The notes beneath the pieces were generated by a model. That model was not told the DNA's origin, did no database searches, and saw only the letters and a program-made list of their open reading frames with translations. DNA of 64,000 nucleotides from Lepidodermella squamata (lineage: Eukaryota > Animalia > Gastrotricha): the NCBI GenBank assembly GCA_047495785.1, contig JBLDXI010000075.1:36175-100174 (forward strand). The letters run 5' to 3'. Positions 51,746 to 64,000 of this stretch are shown in pieces (the stretch's first letter is position 1; each line of letters starts with the position of its first letter). The position numbers were made by a program, and so were the translations under genes.

Positions 51746-54130
51746 TCAAATCGGTGACAATTTTTTAGATAATTCCTTTGGACGCATCGGCGACGTAATT
51801 CGAGATAATCGAACAGCTGCCGCTTGTCGGCGGGTCGCATTGCCTGGAGTTGTGCTGCGTATTCCCGTGGTCCCCATCTCAACCTTCGCATTTTTAAGAA
51901 TTTTCAGCAGCAGTGTCGAAACAATCAAAGACACCATTAGATCGATTATAGCTACGCCCAGTTGCTGATCCAAAGGATTCCTCAGCATTAGCATAATCAA
52001 GCTGGAGCAAGGTATGACAGTCGAAAAAATGAGTACAATGACCGACATTTCCTTGAACCCAGGCATCAAATCATCTCGCTTGGATTGTTTCAAGTTGAAC
52101 AAAGCAAAAGCGGCCGGGATTAAAATAGCGAAATTGGCCGACAAGAGGCTTGCGAGCCAAGAAATCTGATCTGTTGAGGTGCAAACGATGGCGTAGCTTT
52201 CAACAAACGCATCGGCCCCTTCATCGCGGTAACCTAATCCGATATTAGCCTCAGCGCACTGCAATGGTTCGATCGCAAACAGCCATAGGCTCAAAATGAG
52301 AATATTAAGTAAAAGAAATGCAAAAGATGCCTTCAACGCCCCGAAAGTTTCGAAAATCATTGCTTTAGGAGGCTCGATAACGACTCTCTGAAAAATGGAT
52401 TTCCGACTAGACAACCTTGGGCCAGCACTTTGATGTTGAATAGTTCGATTCATTATAAAAATCTGAAACGATACTGCCGACGTTATGATTGACAGCGAAG
52501 TGAATTGAAGGAACAATCGAGCAATCCAAACTTTAAGCGGTGAAATCGAAGTTTCGAGAACAAAAAGTATGGAAGACAAAGACAATAGAAGGCTTCCTGA
52601 TAGACAGCAAATTATTAAAAGCGGACAGTTCCGTTTCTCCCTGTTCCTAAACACGAGGATACTGATGTAAAGTTGGAAAATTAGCAGAAAGCCAGAAGTA
52701 GTCGATACTATTATCAAAGAAATCCAGCTATTATCCACCAGACGTTTGACCACAGATTCCAGATCTTTCGGGCTTCTGCCGTCCAGGGTTGGCCAAGGGA
52801 ATTTGTCCACTATCAGCGTTACTTCAGTGTTCTCATATTCATCGCTCGAATTTGAAGCTATACTCACAGCTTGCACTAATTTAGACCCATTTAGCAGAGT
52901 AACATAGTAAGGCGTATTTTGTAGATTTCCCTTGCTATCATAAGTTACAACTGAGGTTCTCAGCGGATTGTATTTGATAGCGACGAAGTTTTCCTTGGCT
53001 GCTTCTATAACTAAACTAGGTTTAGTTACAAAATCTCTCAGAGAAAGATTTCTAGAGCTCAAATGTTTCTCGGTCCTATCCAGGGCGACAATCGTTTGCA
53101 TCACAGTATCATGGCAAACCCAATTGTAACCGTAGTCGGAGGTTTTCACTCCTCGACTTCTCTCATTGAACAAAACATCGAATTCCCTCTTACTGTAACC
53201 AAAATCACTGTTATGCGTTTCCTCCCCATCTCCATCGATTGAGGCAAGGACCAGCGTTTGCTTGAACTGCTCCATATAGATTTCTTTGCTGCAATTAAGA
53301 CTTGCAGTTGATAGATCTGTCACCCAAGTCCAAAGAGCTTGAATTCCTGTGTCAATTCCCAAATAGAGATACTTCGGCCCCTTCAAATCGGCTTCGTAAG
53401 CCAGGCAGAAGAGGTTAGGGTGCCAGGAAGTGCTGTAAATCAGGATTATCCTCAGATCTTTCTCCTTCAGATTTCGAGCAGCTTGCAAGTCGAAACTAGC
53501 CACTGTTTCGAATACAGGAACTGCTACGCCTTGCGACTGAGCTGCGTTCAAAAAATGAAGACCACCTGTGAAATCGTTAGAATTTTCCTGATTGATGATT
53601 ACTGCTATATTGCGCCACTTTCCGATTGTCTTCATAAATTTGATGTAACCGAAATTTTTGTTAATCATAGTAGTGAGGGATAGATACATATTAGGGTACC
53701 TTTTACGGTCTGATAGAACGGGGTGAGTACAAATTGATGAGACGCTCATGAAATGGATGTGATGTAGAAAATTGCCAATCCCGCGGCATCCATTCGAATT
53801 CCAAGGTCCTGCAGCTATCGGGGATGGGTATTCTACCGAATCTCCCCGGTTTTCGAAATAATTGCGGTAGTAGTCAATGAAAGCTGTAGGGGCGTTATTC
53901 CCTCCCAATTTTTCATCGCCGAATATGAGTTCAACATTGTACGAAGGTAGATACTTTGTGTTGTTGTTAGCCCATTCAGCTGCTAGCGATGCAGCCAGTC
54001 GACACATGATTGGGACGTAGTCTGTTCCTGTGATTCGACTCTGGACATGCAGAGCCAACGTATATGGCTTCGGCTGGCTAAGTTGTGTTTGGATACTTGG
54101 AATAGATAGCAGTATTATGACGGAAATCAT
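51746..54130 (-). CDS. Class C GPCR, GABA-B-receptor-like (intronless, divergent)
   Basis: Signal peptide; Venus flytrap domain (GP..S..C, LSDRKRYP, W..IAVI); 7TM without a Cys-rich domain. Confidence 0.85.
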   Translation of the reverse strand: MISVIILLSIPSIQTQLSQPKPYTLALHVQSRITGTDYVPIMCRLAASLAAEWANNNTKYLPSYNVELIFGDEKLGGNNAPTAFIDYYRNYFENRGDSVEYPSPIAAGPWNSNGCRGIGNFLHHIHFMSVSSICTHPVLSDRKRYPNMYLSLTTMINKNFGYIKFMKTIGKWRNIAVIINQENSNDFTGGLHFLNAAQSQGVAVPVFETVASFDLQAARNLKEKDLRIILIYSTSWHPNLFCLAYEADLKGPKYLYLGIDTGIQALWTWVTDLSTASLNCSKEIYMEQFKQTLVLASIDGDGEETHNSDFGYSKREFDVLFNERSRGVKTSDYGYNWVCHDTVMQTIVALDRTEKHLSSRNLSLRDFVTKPSLVIEAAKENFVAIKYNPLRTSVVTYDSKGNLQNTPYYVTLLNGSKLVQAVSIASNSSDEYENTEVTLIVDKFPWPTLDGRSPKDLESVVKRLVDNSWISLIIVSTTSGFLLIFQLYISILVFRNREKRNCPLLIICCLSGSLLLSLSSILFVLETSISPLKVWIARLFLQFTSLSIITSAVSFQIFIMNRTIQHQSAGPRLSSRKSIFQRVVIEPPKAMIFETFGALKASFAFLLLNILILSLWLFAIEPLQCAEANIGLGYRDEGADAFVESYAIVCTSTDQISWLASLLSANFAILIPAAFALFNLKQSKRDDLMPGFKEMSVIVLIFSTVIPCSSLIMLMLRNPLDQQLGVAIIDLMVSLIVSTLLLKILKNAKVEMGTTGIRSTTPGNATRRQAAAVRLSRITSPMRPKELSKKLSPI

Positions 54131-57100
54131 CTTCGCGTCAAATTGAAGTTAATGCTTCAATCTGCTCCCGTTTAGGGTTTTTAACTCAAACCTCGACGAT
54201 CCTGTCATGCCAGCGGAATTTATTAGCTGGATCATCGAATGGGTCTCGAATTAGAATTGTTGAACGTGATTCAAATGCTTGAATTAGCGACGATGCTAAA
54301 CGCCTAAATGACTATATCATATCACTCTGTTAAGACAGATGCTTGACGCCTGGTGACGATTGTGACTCACCAACGGACTACGGACTGTACCGACTGTACC
54401 GATTTCATAGCCAAAGTAGAGCTCTTTTCAAGCCAGACGACTCGATAATAGACAACTTGTTCCGGCGAGATCTCACTGAAATGCTTTCAACTCAAGCTCA
54501 GCCCCTCCAGAGAATAAATCCCAAAATAGGAAATTCGGTAAAAAACATCACAAGGGCGCCGCCATTCACAGAGTCGAAGGAAAAAAGATTCCATGAATCG
54601 CGTACAATGTTCTACATCGCGTATTAGTGGGCGTACATGCCTGAAATTGTATTTACTCGTGGAGGCGATGAACAATTTTAAATTTTCAAAATTGTCGAGG
54701 CTGTGGGGAAGAAGCAATATGTGATCTTGCTGATTTTCGTAATTAGGTAATTGAATAATTAAAAAACCCAAATTGATTAATTGTTAATTAGGTTGCAGGT
54801 TTAATTTCCGTCTATTTCTTCAGTATACCTTCACCTTTTTTCATTGGAATTTTCATATTGCGCAAAACTTTCACAACCAGTTTTTTTCTTCTCCTCTGCG
54901 TCTTTATTTGTTCATTTTCTCACTCATTCGAATGAAACTGACCCACCATCCAGCCGACGTAGAATCCGAGCTCAGTTGGGTTGATTAGGATATCAAATTG
55001 AAGCTCTAAATAAGTTGGCAGCGTCAAAAAAAGTATTATGAAGCATTATCTGAAAATTTAGCCACAAAAACAATTTACCTCCAGGATGAAACTACTCAGA
55101 CCATGAGACGTAGCTAGGACGTCGCAGCTGGGATTTTTACGAGAAAAAAATGAAATGAGAGATAATGAGGTCGAAGGTCGCGTTTTGAAAATAATGAGAT
55201 GAATCATCTCATTATCTTTTGGCGCCAGATGTTGTGATGAAGCTGCTGATTTCGAGAAAAAAGAGAGTGTTTCATACGCCGTAAGTGCTACTTAGCAAGT
55301 GAAAAGATGAAAAAAATGTCACGATTGAAAAGATGAAACCATAGAAGAATTTTAGAAAATCATGATTTTTATTGCTTCGGTAAATATCACAATCACAAGG
55401 GTATCACAAGGGTATCACATACAAGGGTAAAGCTGAGCAAATCGGATGAAAATTCGTCAAAAATAAAACGGAAAATAATTAGTCTTTTTTGAATTGCTTT
55501 CTCTCAATTGAGACTTGAACGCAGTGATAGGGAGGATGCTCCAAATTTTTCGCGATAAAATCTCACGGTTCTTCGTGCCAAGATGTATTTGAGGCGGCAC
55601 AAAGACGGGAGAATGATCGATTTTTCTTTGATTTTGTTCAACTCGCCGCCCATACGATTTGCCACATCATCCAGCTTTTTGAAAGTAGTCATATCTTCAC
55701 GGTACTTCGCTGAAAGAGCCACCTTAATGATGGCCATAACGTCGCCGTTCGGCTAGTTGGCACCACTGCGCGAGCGCAACTCGACGTAGTCACTGTGGTA
55801 CGCCTCGGTCGGTTTGAGGCCCAGTTTTTTCGTGATAAATCTGCCTACCCATGCGATGGTGTTGTGGTCGAATTAGTGATGCTCAACGATTATTTTTTTT
55901 CAAATGGTTCAATGAATCGTAATCGAATCGAATTAATCGCGATTTCTTGTCCGCAGAATCGACCCGATCAATCGAATCGATTAATCGGATGTGAAGCTAT
56001 TTCCAAAAAGGCGGAAAAATCGAATTTTTGAAATTTTGATATCTTTGCAACTAAGTTTTTTCATTTCCCTTGACTTGAATCTACGCAAAAACTGCATAAT
56101 TTGATATGTGACTCGACCTAGGAAGTTCGGCGATTTTAAAAAATGATTATGTGCAATAAATCAATAAATTTTTTAATTAGCACTAATTATCTCCGGAAGT
56201 GTGATAAATATCAAAATTCTGCAAAAAGGATCGGATTCCTCGTGAAAAACTGACTTTCTACGGGGGATTTGAAGGCAAAAGGAAGCGTTTTTCCGGTTTC
56301 ATTTTAATTGATTGAAATTAATTTGATTAAAACAAATTCCGGAAGTTATTTTTGATTTTTCGATCTTCGCCTGAATAAAGATCCTGTCGCTGTCAAACTC
56401 ACTAGGTCGAATGGCTGGGCAAATGAACACGATGCATGCTGGACTGCCGAGACTTCTCGAAGGCACTTTTCTTCAACTGCCGCGCGACTTTGATACTCAG
56501 TGAGGCAACCGCCCCTCGAGCTTTCACATTTCCCCCGTGAGATACGCCCCAGTAACCGCCGGCAACTCGCAATATCCCAGAACGGCGCTGAATAGCTCTG
56601 AAGGCGGGGTTGGATTTCGAGGAATTTCCGTCTCTACGGAATTGATTGAAAAGCATCTCATTTGCGTCTTGATTCGCTCTTGCTGGGTAAAACTGGGTAA
56701 ATCGAAGGTTGACGATAGTAAATTCAATAGCAGGCTGTCATCCAATAACTCGTCTGGAGAGTTTGCAAGGACAATTGCCAGGACAATAACTGAGAGGAAC
56801 CCTCTCATTCTTGAATCTTCTTCAGTTCTAACTTCAATAAATTCCCTCTAAATTGAAAATAGGACCAGGTAAAATTGAAAAATCCGGCAGAAGCTCCCGC
56901 CTACAGAACATTTTCCATCAACAAATTTCAAGTAAATAAATTGATAAAAAATCTAAATAAATCGAACTTTAACGTGACCAACGTGACAAGTTCCATGAGA
57001 CGTAGTTACATGCCAAGTTCAGGTCCATTCCAGCTCGCTCTATCAATTTAGACGGTGAAAAATGAAGCCCAGCAGAGGAACAAAGTGAACTCGAACTTGT

Positions 57101-57873
57101 CAAGTAGGCCACGGCAGTAGGCACCGTTCGCAGACAAATAATTACTCATACAATTTATTTTAATAGATCATGATTTCTGTTTTTGATTCTTTTGATTAAT
57201 TTTTGATAATTACACGAAAAAAACGATTGGTGACAAAATTGGTAAACTTGTTTTAATATTAGTCTCGAAACTTGATTGTTGATTTCCTTACTTGTTGTCA
57301 GACCCTGAAGATGGCTGAATAAAAGCTGAAACATGTCGGATTAGGCGACTGGTTTTTCATTTTTGAGTCATAATTATGATATCGCTTTTCCATCAAATCC
57401 TACGACTAAAAATTGAAAATTGAATTGTTTCCTAGATTTTAATAAGGAAATCCTGAAAAAGTGAATCCAGCCTAGACCTTTCCGTGGCTTATTCAGAAAC
57501 TTCGAAATCTTCTCCGAGGCTGGAACCTGGATCCAGCTTGGTAACTATGGAACCGGAACATTTCTTCTCCTTTTTGAAATTGACCCCGCTTTTATTTATA
57601 AAAATTTCAGGGATTATTCAATTTTCTTTTCTTTTTAAACCCTGAAATTTTAATGTTTACAGTATAAGAATATTCTTGAATATTCATGCATGAGACCAGC
57701 ATGACACCCCCGTTTGCATGGCGGGGTTCAAGCTGCGGCGTCCTAACTACGTCTCATGACACAGACCGGTACAAGTATTATACCGGTTCGTGCTTCGTGC
57801 TGAATATTAAACAAATCAAAGCGGCTCCTAGGTTCGGCTGTTTTTGATTCATTTTGTTCGAGTTTTTGTAAAT

Positions 57874-58093
57874 ATTCAAATTTGAGAAAGAATTAGGCTG
57901 CTGCTATATCCGTGCAACGGTTTATCTTCCCCCGTACAACAGGTTTATCTCTGAAACGTACAGCAATCAATTAAATATTATGTATTCTAGGCGTTGCCCT
58001 CGGTAACTCGTGCACAGAATGACGCTAGAATTTAGATCACATGGCGTATTTCCAGGTCACTATGACGAAGATATAGAGATCAAACAAATGTGC
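57874..58093 (+). repeat. Dispersed direct repeat, copy 1 (copy 2 at about 61887-62166)
   Basis: ttcaaatttgagaaagaa...ggtttatcttcccccgtac...tcaaacaaatgtgc present in both. Confidence 0.8.
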
Positions 58094-58439
58094 GGCCTAA
58101 TGTGTGAAAAGGCGTCTTCAAGGGAGAATTTCTTCGCGGGAGTCTCACTGCCGCGTTCAATTCGCTGAAATTTTTGCTTTAATGCCGAAAATTCCCATTT
58201 ACTGGCCAACCGGCTTGAATTTATAGTCGACCCATACCCATAACCGGCGACCTGAACCAATCGGCAACCGGTCAACTTACCGGCCGGTCAACCCAACCTA
58301 TTTCCACCTGTGGCTTACTCTCGCACACCTCTCAGCGCGCAACTCTCACAGCTTTCGACTCGAGCTGTGTTGATCGAACACTTGCGTTGTTTTCTGGCCG
58401 CGTTTGTTAACAACTTAACTTTATCTCACTGTTTCTTCC

Positions 58440-58898
58440 TCATTCTAGAAGGTAATCGTGCGCAAATAAGTAACCAGGCACATCGAGCATGGTAAGCGAT
58501 CCGGCTCTAAATTCGTTCGGTTTCGGTCGGTGGAAATAATCGATTTCAGCTTCAGCCCTGCCCACGATTTCAACATGGACTTCGTATTGGCCCATCGTAA
58601 TCGCATCTATTAGGCTAGATTTTCCAATGCCGGTTTTCCCCATTAAAATCGCTTTCTTTGCGAAGGGGAGTGACGAGGATTGATTACAATAATTCTCAGA
58701 TAAAGGTTCCAATATTGATTCCCAATTGTAAATTGACCATTCTTCGTCAAGATTTGCTATGCACTCGTCAAAAGGTTGAGCGAAACATTTGTTCGAATAA
58801 TGTTTAATGTCGTAGTCGCATAAAGCATTTTCGGACCATTTTCTCCTCGCCATTTTCTCCTCCAAATCATCCATCATCAATGAAATAGATTGACCCAT
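58440..58898 (-). pseudogene. P-loop GTPase fragment (TRAFAC, AIG1/MMR_HSR1-like)
   Basis: G1 GKTGIGKSS and G3 DVPG, then a stop; no G4 found. Confidence 0.55.
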
Positions 58899-59819
58899 AA
58901 TTATACCGAACTCAAATTAATTATCTAGAATCAAATAAAATAAGAATAAAACCTCATCATTATCATTACGCAATACATTATGAATTGAGCCAATTGCGCC
59001 AATTGCGTCGTGATGAAATAACCATTCGAGTCTAAGTCTAAATACGAACTGGAGGGTTTGGTTGCAAAATAAACGTAACCCCAAACAAGTTCGCTTCAGC
59101 AAATGCCAGAAAATGCAAGTAAGTTGAATAAGCAACTCAATCATAAAAAAAATACTCAATATATGACACTCACGACCTAGCCCTGCTATGTGAAAATAAA
59201 ATCACGCGACCTTTGGACCCTATACAAATTTATGGCGAAAACTTCGAAAAATTTATTTTCCAAAACATCCATCTCGATTTTCGGTGCACAAAATGCGGGA
59301 AGATGCGTACTTTTTCGCAGAATTTTATCGCAAAATTTGAGCGTGCGGTTCCTAAATTTGAATTTTTAGTCGCTGAAAAACCGAAATTTCTTCGATATCT
59401 CCCTTTCACAATTTTCTTACTACTACGGTTTTTTCATGATTTCCCATCGGCGCGTGCCAAATAGTGCTATCTCGCTAATGTTTATCCATATTTTTTCACT
59501 TGACGCAAACAAGCTTGATATAAAATCATAGATAAATAAATAAGAGAGATCTGACACGCTAGTACATTTATGTGTGCCGAAATGATTCATCACGATTTTT
59601 TGCTTTCTGGGTCGCGTGACCAGTTTTTCACTTGTCAAGAGCTCTATAAGAAGTACGGCCAAATCAACGCAACTGACAAGTGATTCCGGGTGGCTAATTT
59701 TTTTGCCATGCAGCATCAATCATGGGCTATGTAGGGATCTAATCGGAATTTCCGGCCGGCTTCGCGTTAATTTTATGCATTAATTTTTTATTAATTAATT
59801 TTATTTATTTATTAATTCC

Positions 59820-60314
59820 AACTTTTTAAAAATTATCTCAAAGTTGGTCACTTTTACGAAAAATCGCCATTTCAAGAGTCTTCCAAGACGGTAAAGTTTT
59901 TCATTTTAAGCCGAAAAATTCCGAGTAAAATACTATGATCTTATTCGATTTTTGCTCTATCCAACGATATAAAACTTGAGCGAAGCAGAATTTTTTTTGA
60001 ATTTCGCGAAATTTGCTTTCGCTTGATAATACTTTGAGCGAGCTAAAAATAGCTACAAAAAACTAATAGCTAATTTTAGAAAAGCATTATCACGCAAAAT
60101 CCCAATATTACAAGTCTGAAAATTTCGCGAAATTCAAAAAAAATTCTGCTTCGCTCAAGTTTTATATCGTTGGATAGAGCAAAAATCGAATAAGATCATA
60201 GTATTTTACTCGGAATTTTTCGGCTTAAAATGAAAAAATTTACCGTCTTGGAAGACTCTTGAAATGGCGATTTTTCGTAAAAGTGACCAACTTTGAGATA
60301 ATTTTTAAAAAGTT
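59820..60314. repeat. Fold-back inverted repeat with 195-bp arms
   Basis: 59820-60014 versus 60120-60314; one mismatch seen. Confidence 0.92.
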
Positions 60315-60626
60315 AGAAAAAAAACCGTCTCATGAGACGGGACTCATTCGATAGAGGAGGGCTTCTAGTATTCCGGTAAATTTGTTTGAAATTTTTGGGA
60401 AATGAAAGATTTTCTCTTGGAATTTTAGAAAATAATTGAAAATCGGAAAAATTACTATGGGCGGATAGGGCGATGAGTGAATAAAAGTGAAGGTCGCGTG
60501 CCCACTTTTTCACGTTTTGGTGTGAATTTATTTACTATAGGAAGATCGCTAGTTTCCGATCTGTATAGAGTTGTCTATGCGTCTTATCTTCATTGTTTAA
60601 TTTCCGTCTATTTCTACAGTATACCT

Positions 60627-61886
60627 TCACCTTTTTTCAGTGCAATTTTCATTTTGCGCAAAACTAATTTCACGTACGCTTGCTGATTTTCGTTGGAGGA
60701 AACCGACACCATTACCGGGTGACATCGGCGATCGCGATCGGAAGTTGCAGCGACAAGAACCTTGGCTCTGTGGCTGTCGGATGAGCTTGTGCGTGGCATC
60801 GACTTGCAAGAAGCCCTTAGAATTGTCGAGGTTCCGTAGAAGTCGAGGAGTTGACAAACAGACTGAAAAGAGAATGTCGGATGAAAAAGTCATTTTTCGG
60901 ATGTTTTCATCGTTCCTGAGAAAAATGTCGGTTTGGTGTTGATTCGATAGCTAACAACGAACGGCTGGTCTTCATCTTCAGGCTCTTCCATTCTCGCATC
61001 GCACCAGTTTTGCAACTCCACTGTGCCCATCGGTCCGCTTAAATGAATGGCTTCTTCGCGTGAAAGACCTGTTCGCATTAAGGCTTCGATTCGCTCCTCC
61101 CGCCTTATCCGGTACTTCAAGTTTCGGAGTGACTTCAAACCTACTCGCCCTGTGAAATCCCCAAGCCCTGCATCGCGTATCATCGTTCGAAGCTTCTTCG
61201 GTCGAGTGTTCGGGTCCGAATTCTTGACGTAAGCGATCAGTTGAGGTGTTATTCGACGATCAACCTCCTTGTGATTGTGCGTTCCACTGAACTCGGCGTT
61301 ACAGTCGTTGTTGTTGACATGCAACGTTCATCATACAGGGCAGTGCTCGTAGCCTTTCTTCTTATGAAATTTGCATTTGCCATACACCTGCCCTCGCCCA
61401 TTGCTCACCTGAGTTTTGGTCCAGTTGATGTAAGGGTCGTATCGGCGAAGCCAATCAAGTGACTGCTGTAGTCCACCCGGTGGAGCTGACGGTCAACATG
61501 GTGATCATATTCATACGTTCTCTTGACAGCAGGATGCTCATCCGCATCTTCCTCGCTGGTTCCTTCGCTGCGATCTTCCGATTCGCAGAATCGCCATCAT
61601 CGGATTCGGACTCCGAGGATGAGTAGAGGTTCAGCGGCAAATTTGCCACGAAAACAGAGAACACAAAAATTAGTGGTAAAAGTGAAAACGCCATTCTCAG
61701 ATTGATGAAATGAATGGAAAAACATTCCGCTTTTAAAACCTTTGCTGCGCTACTAAAGCTGCGCCATCCACACGCCCGCCAGCTTTATTTTGTCGGATGA
61801 AAAAAGTCACCCTTGTCGGATGTTTTTAGTCACATTTTTAGTTGTCGGATAAAAAAGACTTTGGTCGGATGAAAAAAGTCACACCC
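60627..61886 (-). mobile_element. Decayed Mutator-like (MULE) transposon
   Basis: C..C...HNH Zn finger, D.PFV, LQVDATHKL (first DDE Asp), frameshifts; repeated tgtcggatgaaaaaagtcac units at 61791-61886. Confidence 0.7.
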
Positions 61887-62477
61887 ATTCAAATTTGAGA
61901 AAGAATAAGGCTGCTGCAATATCCGTACTCCGGTTTATCTTCCCCCGTACGGCAAGTTTACCGCCGAAACGTACAACAACCAATTAAATATTATATATTC
62001 GAGGCGTTGCCTTCGGTAACCCGAGCCTGCGAACAGCATGTTATTTTCTACCCTCGGAATGTCGATTTCTCGATCTCCATGCTTCGCACAGACTGACGTT
62101 AGAATTTAGATCAAATAGCTTATTCCAGGTCACCATGAGGACGATATAGATATCAAACAAATGTGCTGAGGACGCTAGTGGGCGAGCTGAATGAATAGTT
62201 ATCGTGTACAGAATATCATACAGAGTGGATGAGAAGTGCAGCTAGAAGAAAGAGACAAGAAATGAAAAGAGGAACCAGGATTTTAGAATTGTCGAGAATG
62301 TACCGATTTTGGCATCCGGCCAAACTGGCACTAGGCCAACATTCCGGAAGATTCTAATCTAGATCTTTCGATGGACTATAAATACGCGGTTTAAGTGATA
62401 TTTTTACATGCGATACTTTCTGATGAGTCACTTGCAATAAACTAGAGAGTTTTCCCTTCTGTCTTGTTGCGCATACA

Positions 62478-63262
62478 CTACAAGAATGACGGAAGAGGCA
62501 CGGAAAGATCAAAGACCGAAGGTGGGCAGAGGGCAGAGGACCCCGAGGAAGCCTGCTGGCGATCAGGGCGTAGTTGCTCGACAGCTTCGCGGATCGGGAG
62601 GATGAAACGTACAGCGCTGTCGGCGTAACGGCGCTGCTTCTTTTCAAAGAAACGCGGGAGACTTGGGACACCAGCGCGACGTTCAAGGCCCGAGACTCTG
62701 ACGCGATGATCGCGGCGGACGTTCAGCAGTGCCCGAAGGCAATCGTTCTGAAGGACATCAAGGCGCCTGAGTTGCCGCGTGGGTGCAGTGCATAAAACGA
62801 TGTTGCCATTCATTGACGTGGTTCGAACGAGGCTTAGATACGCGGTTCGGCGCCACCTGCGAGATAGGCCAGGAGCTCGACAGACACTGCGAAAAGGCGA
62901 TAAATTGCGAGTGCAGCGGGCGATCACGCGGTCCATGTGGGCCTTCCAGGTCAACTTCACTCTTGGCATCATGGCATCACTTCACTCTTGGATGCATTAA
63001 ACCTTAGCCGCCACTCGTGGGCCCACGTTGATATCCGGACGATCTCATTTTGGGTAGCACGCTCAGCTTCTGGAAAATCCACCCCTTCACCGACAACTGT
63101 TAGGTCCATCAGCATAGGCATCGAGATCGACACCTCGGGGCATTCGGCGCGGTCAGCAGATCTGAAGTGTAGACAATATATAGAGCAGCCGTGCCAGCGG
63201 CCAGCGGCGAGCCTTGCGGTACGCCGCATCACTAACGAAAATTTCAAAGCCAATCTATTCAA
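62478..63262 (-). mobile_element. Decayed LINE reverse-transcriptase C-terminal fragment
   Basis: W..EWRLRFNASKS, LTWKAH, Y.SLVR, L..LQN.CLR. Confidence 0.75.
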
Positions 63263-64000
63263 TCAATTTATGCGCTTTGGTGTTCTATATTGCCCTATCT
63301 TATTACCCTATCTAACAGCGTCGTGCATGAAGGAAGATCACCACGTTGCTCTTATCACTCATTTGTTGTACGAACCGAAGAGTTTTACTCTCCTACTAAT
63401 TTACTGAATACTGTTGTACGGTTGGTAGATTTCTTGCTGTACGCCTTTTTGCGAACAGTATCAAAGAACATTTATTGCGCAATTTTGACTATACCTACTT
63501 TGCGGCGTCAAAAGGGCACGTATATCAAAGAAAATCATAGTCGGCTGTCGGCTTTAACAAATTTGCTTTCTCCATGTCCAAAACATTGGAAATGGGAATT
63601 TTTAAGACGGCAATAGCCGCGTGCGTTTTGTTACTAGGCGAATTCAAGTGGGCTAAATGGGCCCCGTGCGCGCTGAATGTAACGTAGCGTCCATAGGCGC
63701 CCGGAGTGTTAAATGAACTGGTTTAGCCGTTCATGTCAGCGTCTGGTGTCGTTCAGGTGTCTTTCTCGCCTCGTCGCGCTCTCATCGGCGACGCGCCCCT
63801 GCTCTGCGGCCGGTGTCTTTCGTTTGTCTTTGAATCACCTGAAGTACCGCACAGCTCTCGACTTGAAGCGGCAATAAGTAGCTACTCACTTGAAAAATAC
63901 AAACTAGGCACCGAAACGTTTTCATTGGATTGGCATTATATTCTCAACAAATAGTCATGGTTGTGCCATTTTATTCTCTCGGTCAAGTTTCGGGACTTGT

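Noticed and set aside
56524-56808. Secreted protein with Kunitz-like start YCELPAVTG
   Set aside because: The remaining Kunitz cysteines and a valid splice continuation could not be found

Overview
Eukaryotic (invertebrate animal) genomic DNA with short GT-AG introns (about 45-60 nt); the species cannot be fixed from the sequence. The host part holds dispersed tRNA clusters (Val, Ala, Glu, Met, Leu, Trp, Arg, Thr, plus pseudogenes), a LamG-like secreted protein, two LicD/fukutin-family paralogs, a GluN2-type NMDA receptor subunit, an AChBP-like Cys-loop ectodomain gene, an intronless sterol desaturase-family gene, two tandem Cys-loop channel subunits, a GABA-B-like class C GPCR, and decayed LINE, RTE, RLE, MULE and MITE elements. 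The centre (30212-51534) is an apparently coding-complete, about 21.3 kb Polinton/Maverick (adintovirus-like) endogenous virus encoding pPolB, integrase, ATPase, protease and both capsid proteins. Its notable features: a fixed-spacing TCTA(G) motif before nine virion/packaging genes, resembling the mavirus/CroV late promoter, alongside a VLTF3-like factor; two baculovirus-hr-like 38-bp arrays related to the TIR; a PLA2-integrase-chromodomain fusion; repeats at the pPolB N-terminus; and diverged TIRs, the right one split by an intron-containing gene. Host highlights: an NMDA subunit with Lys at the Q/R/N site and a SYMANLAAF gate, and a possibly GPI-anchored AChBP-like protein. All identities were judged by eye; no searches were run.
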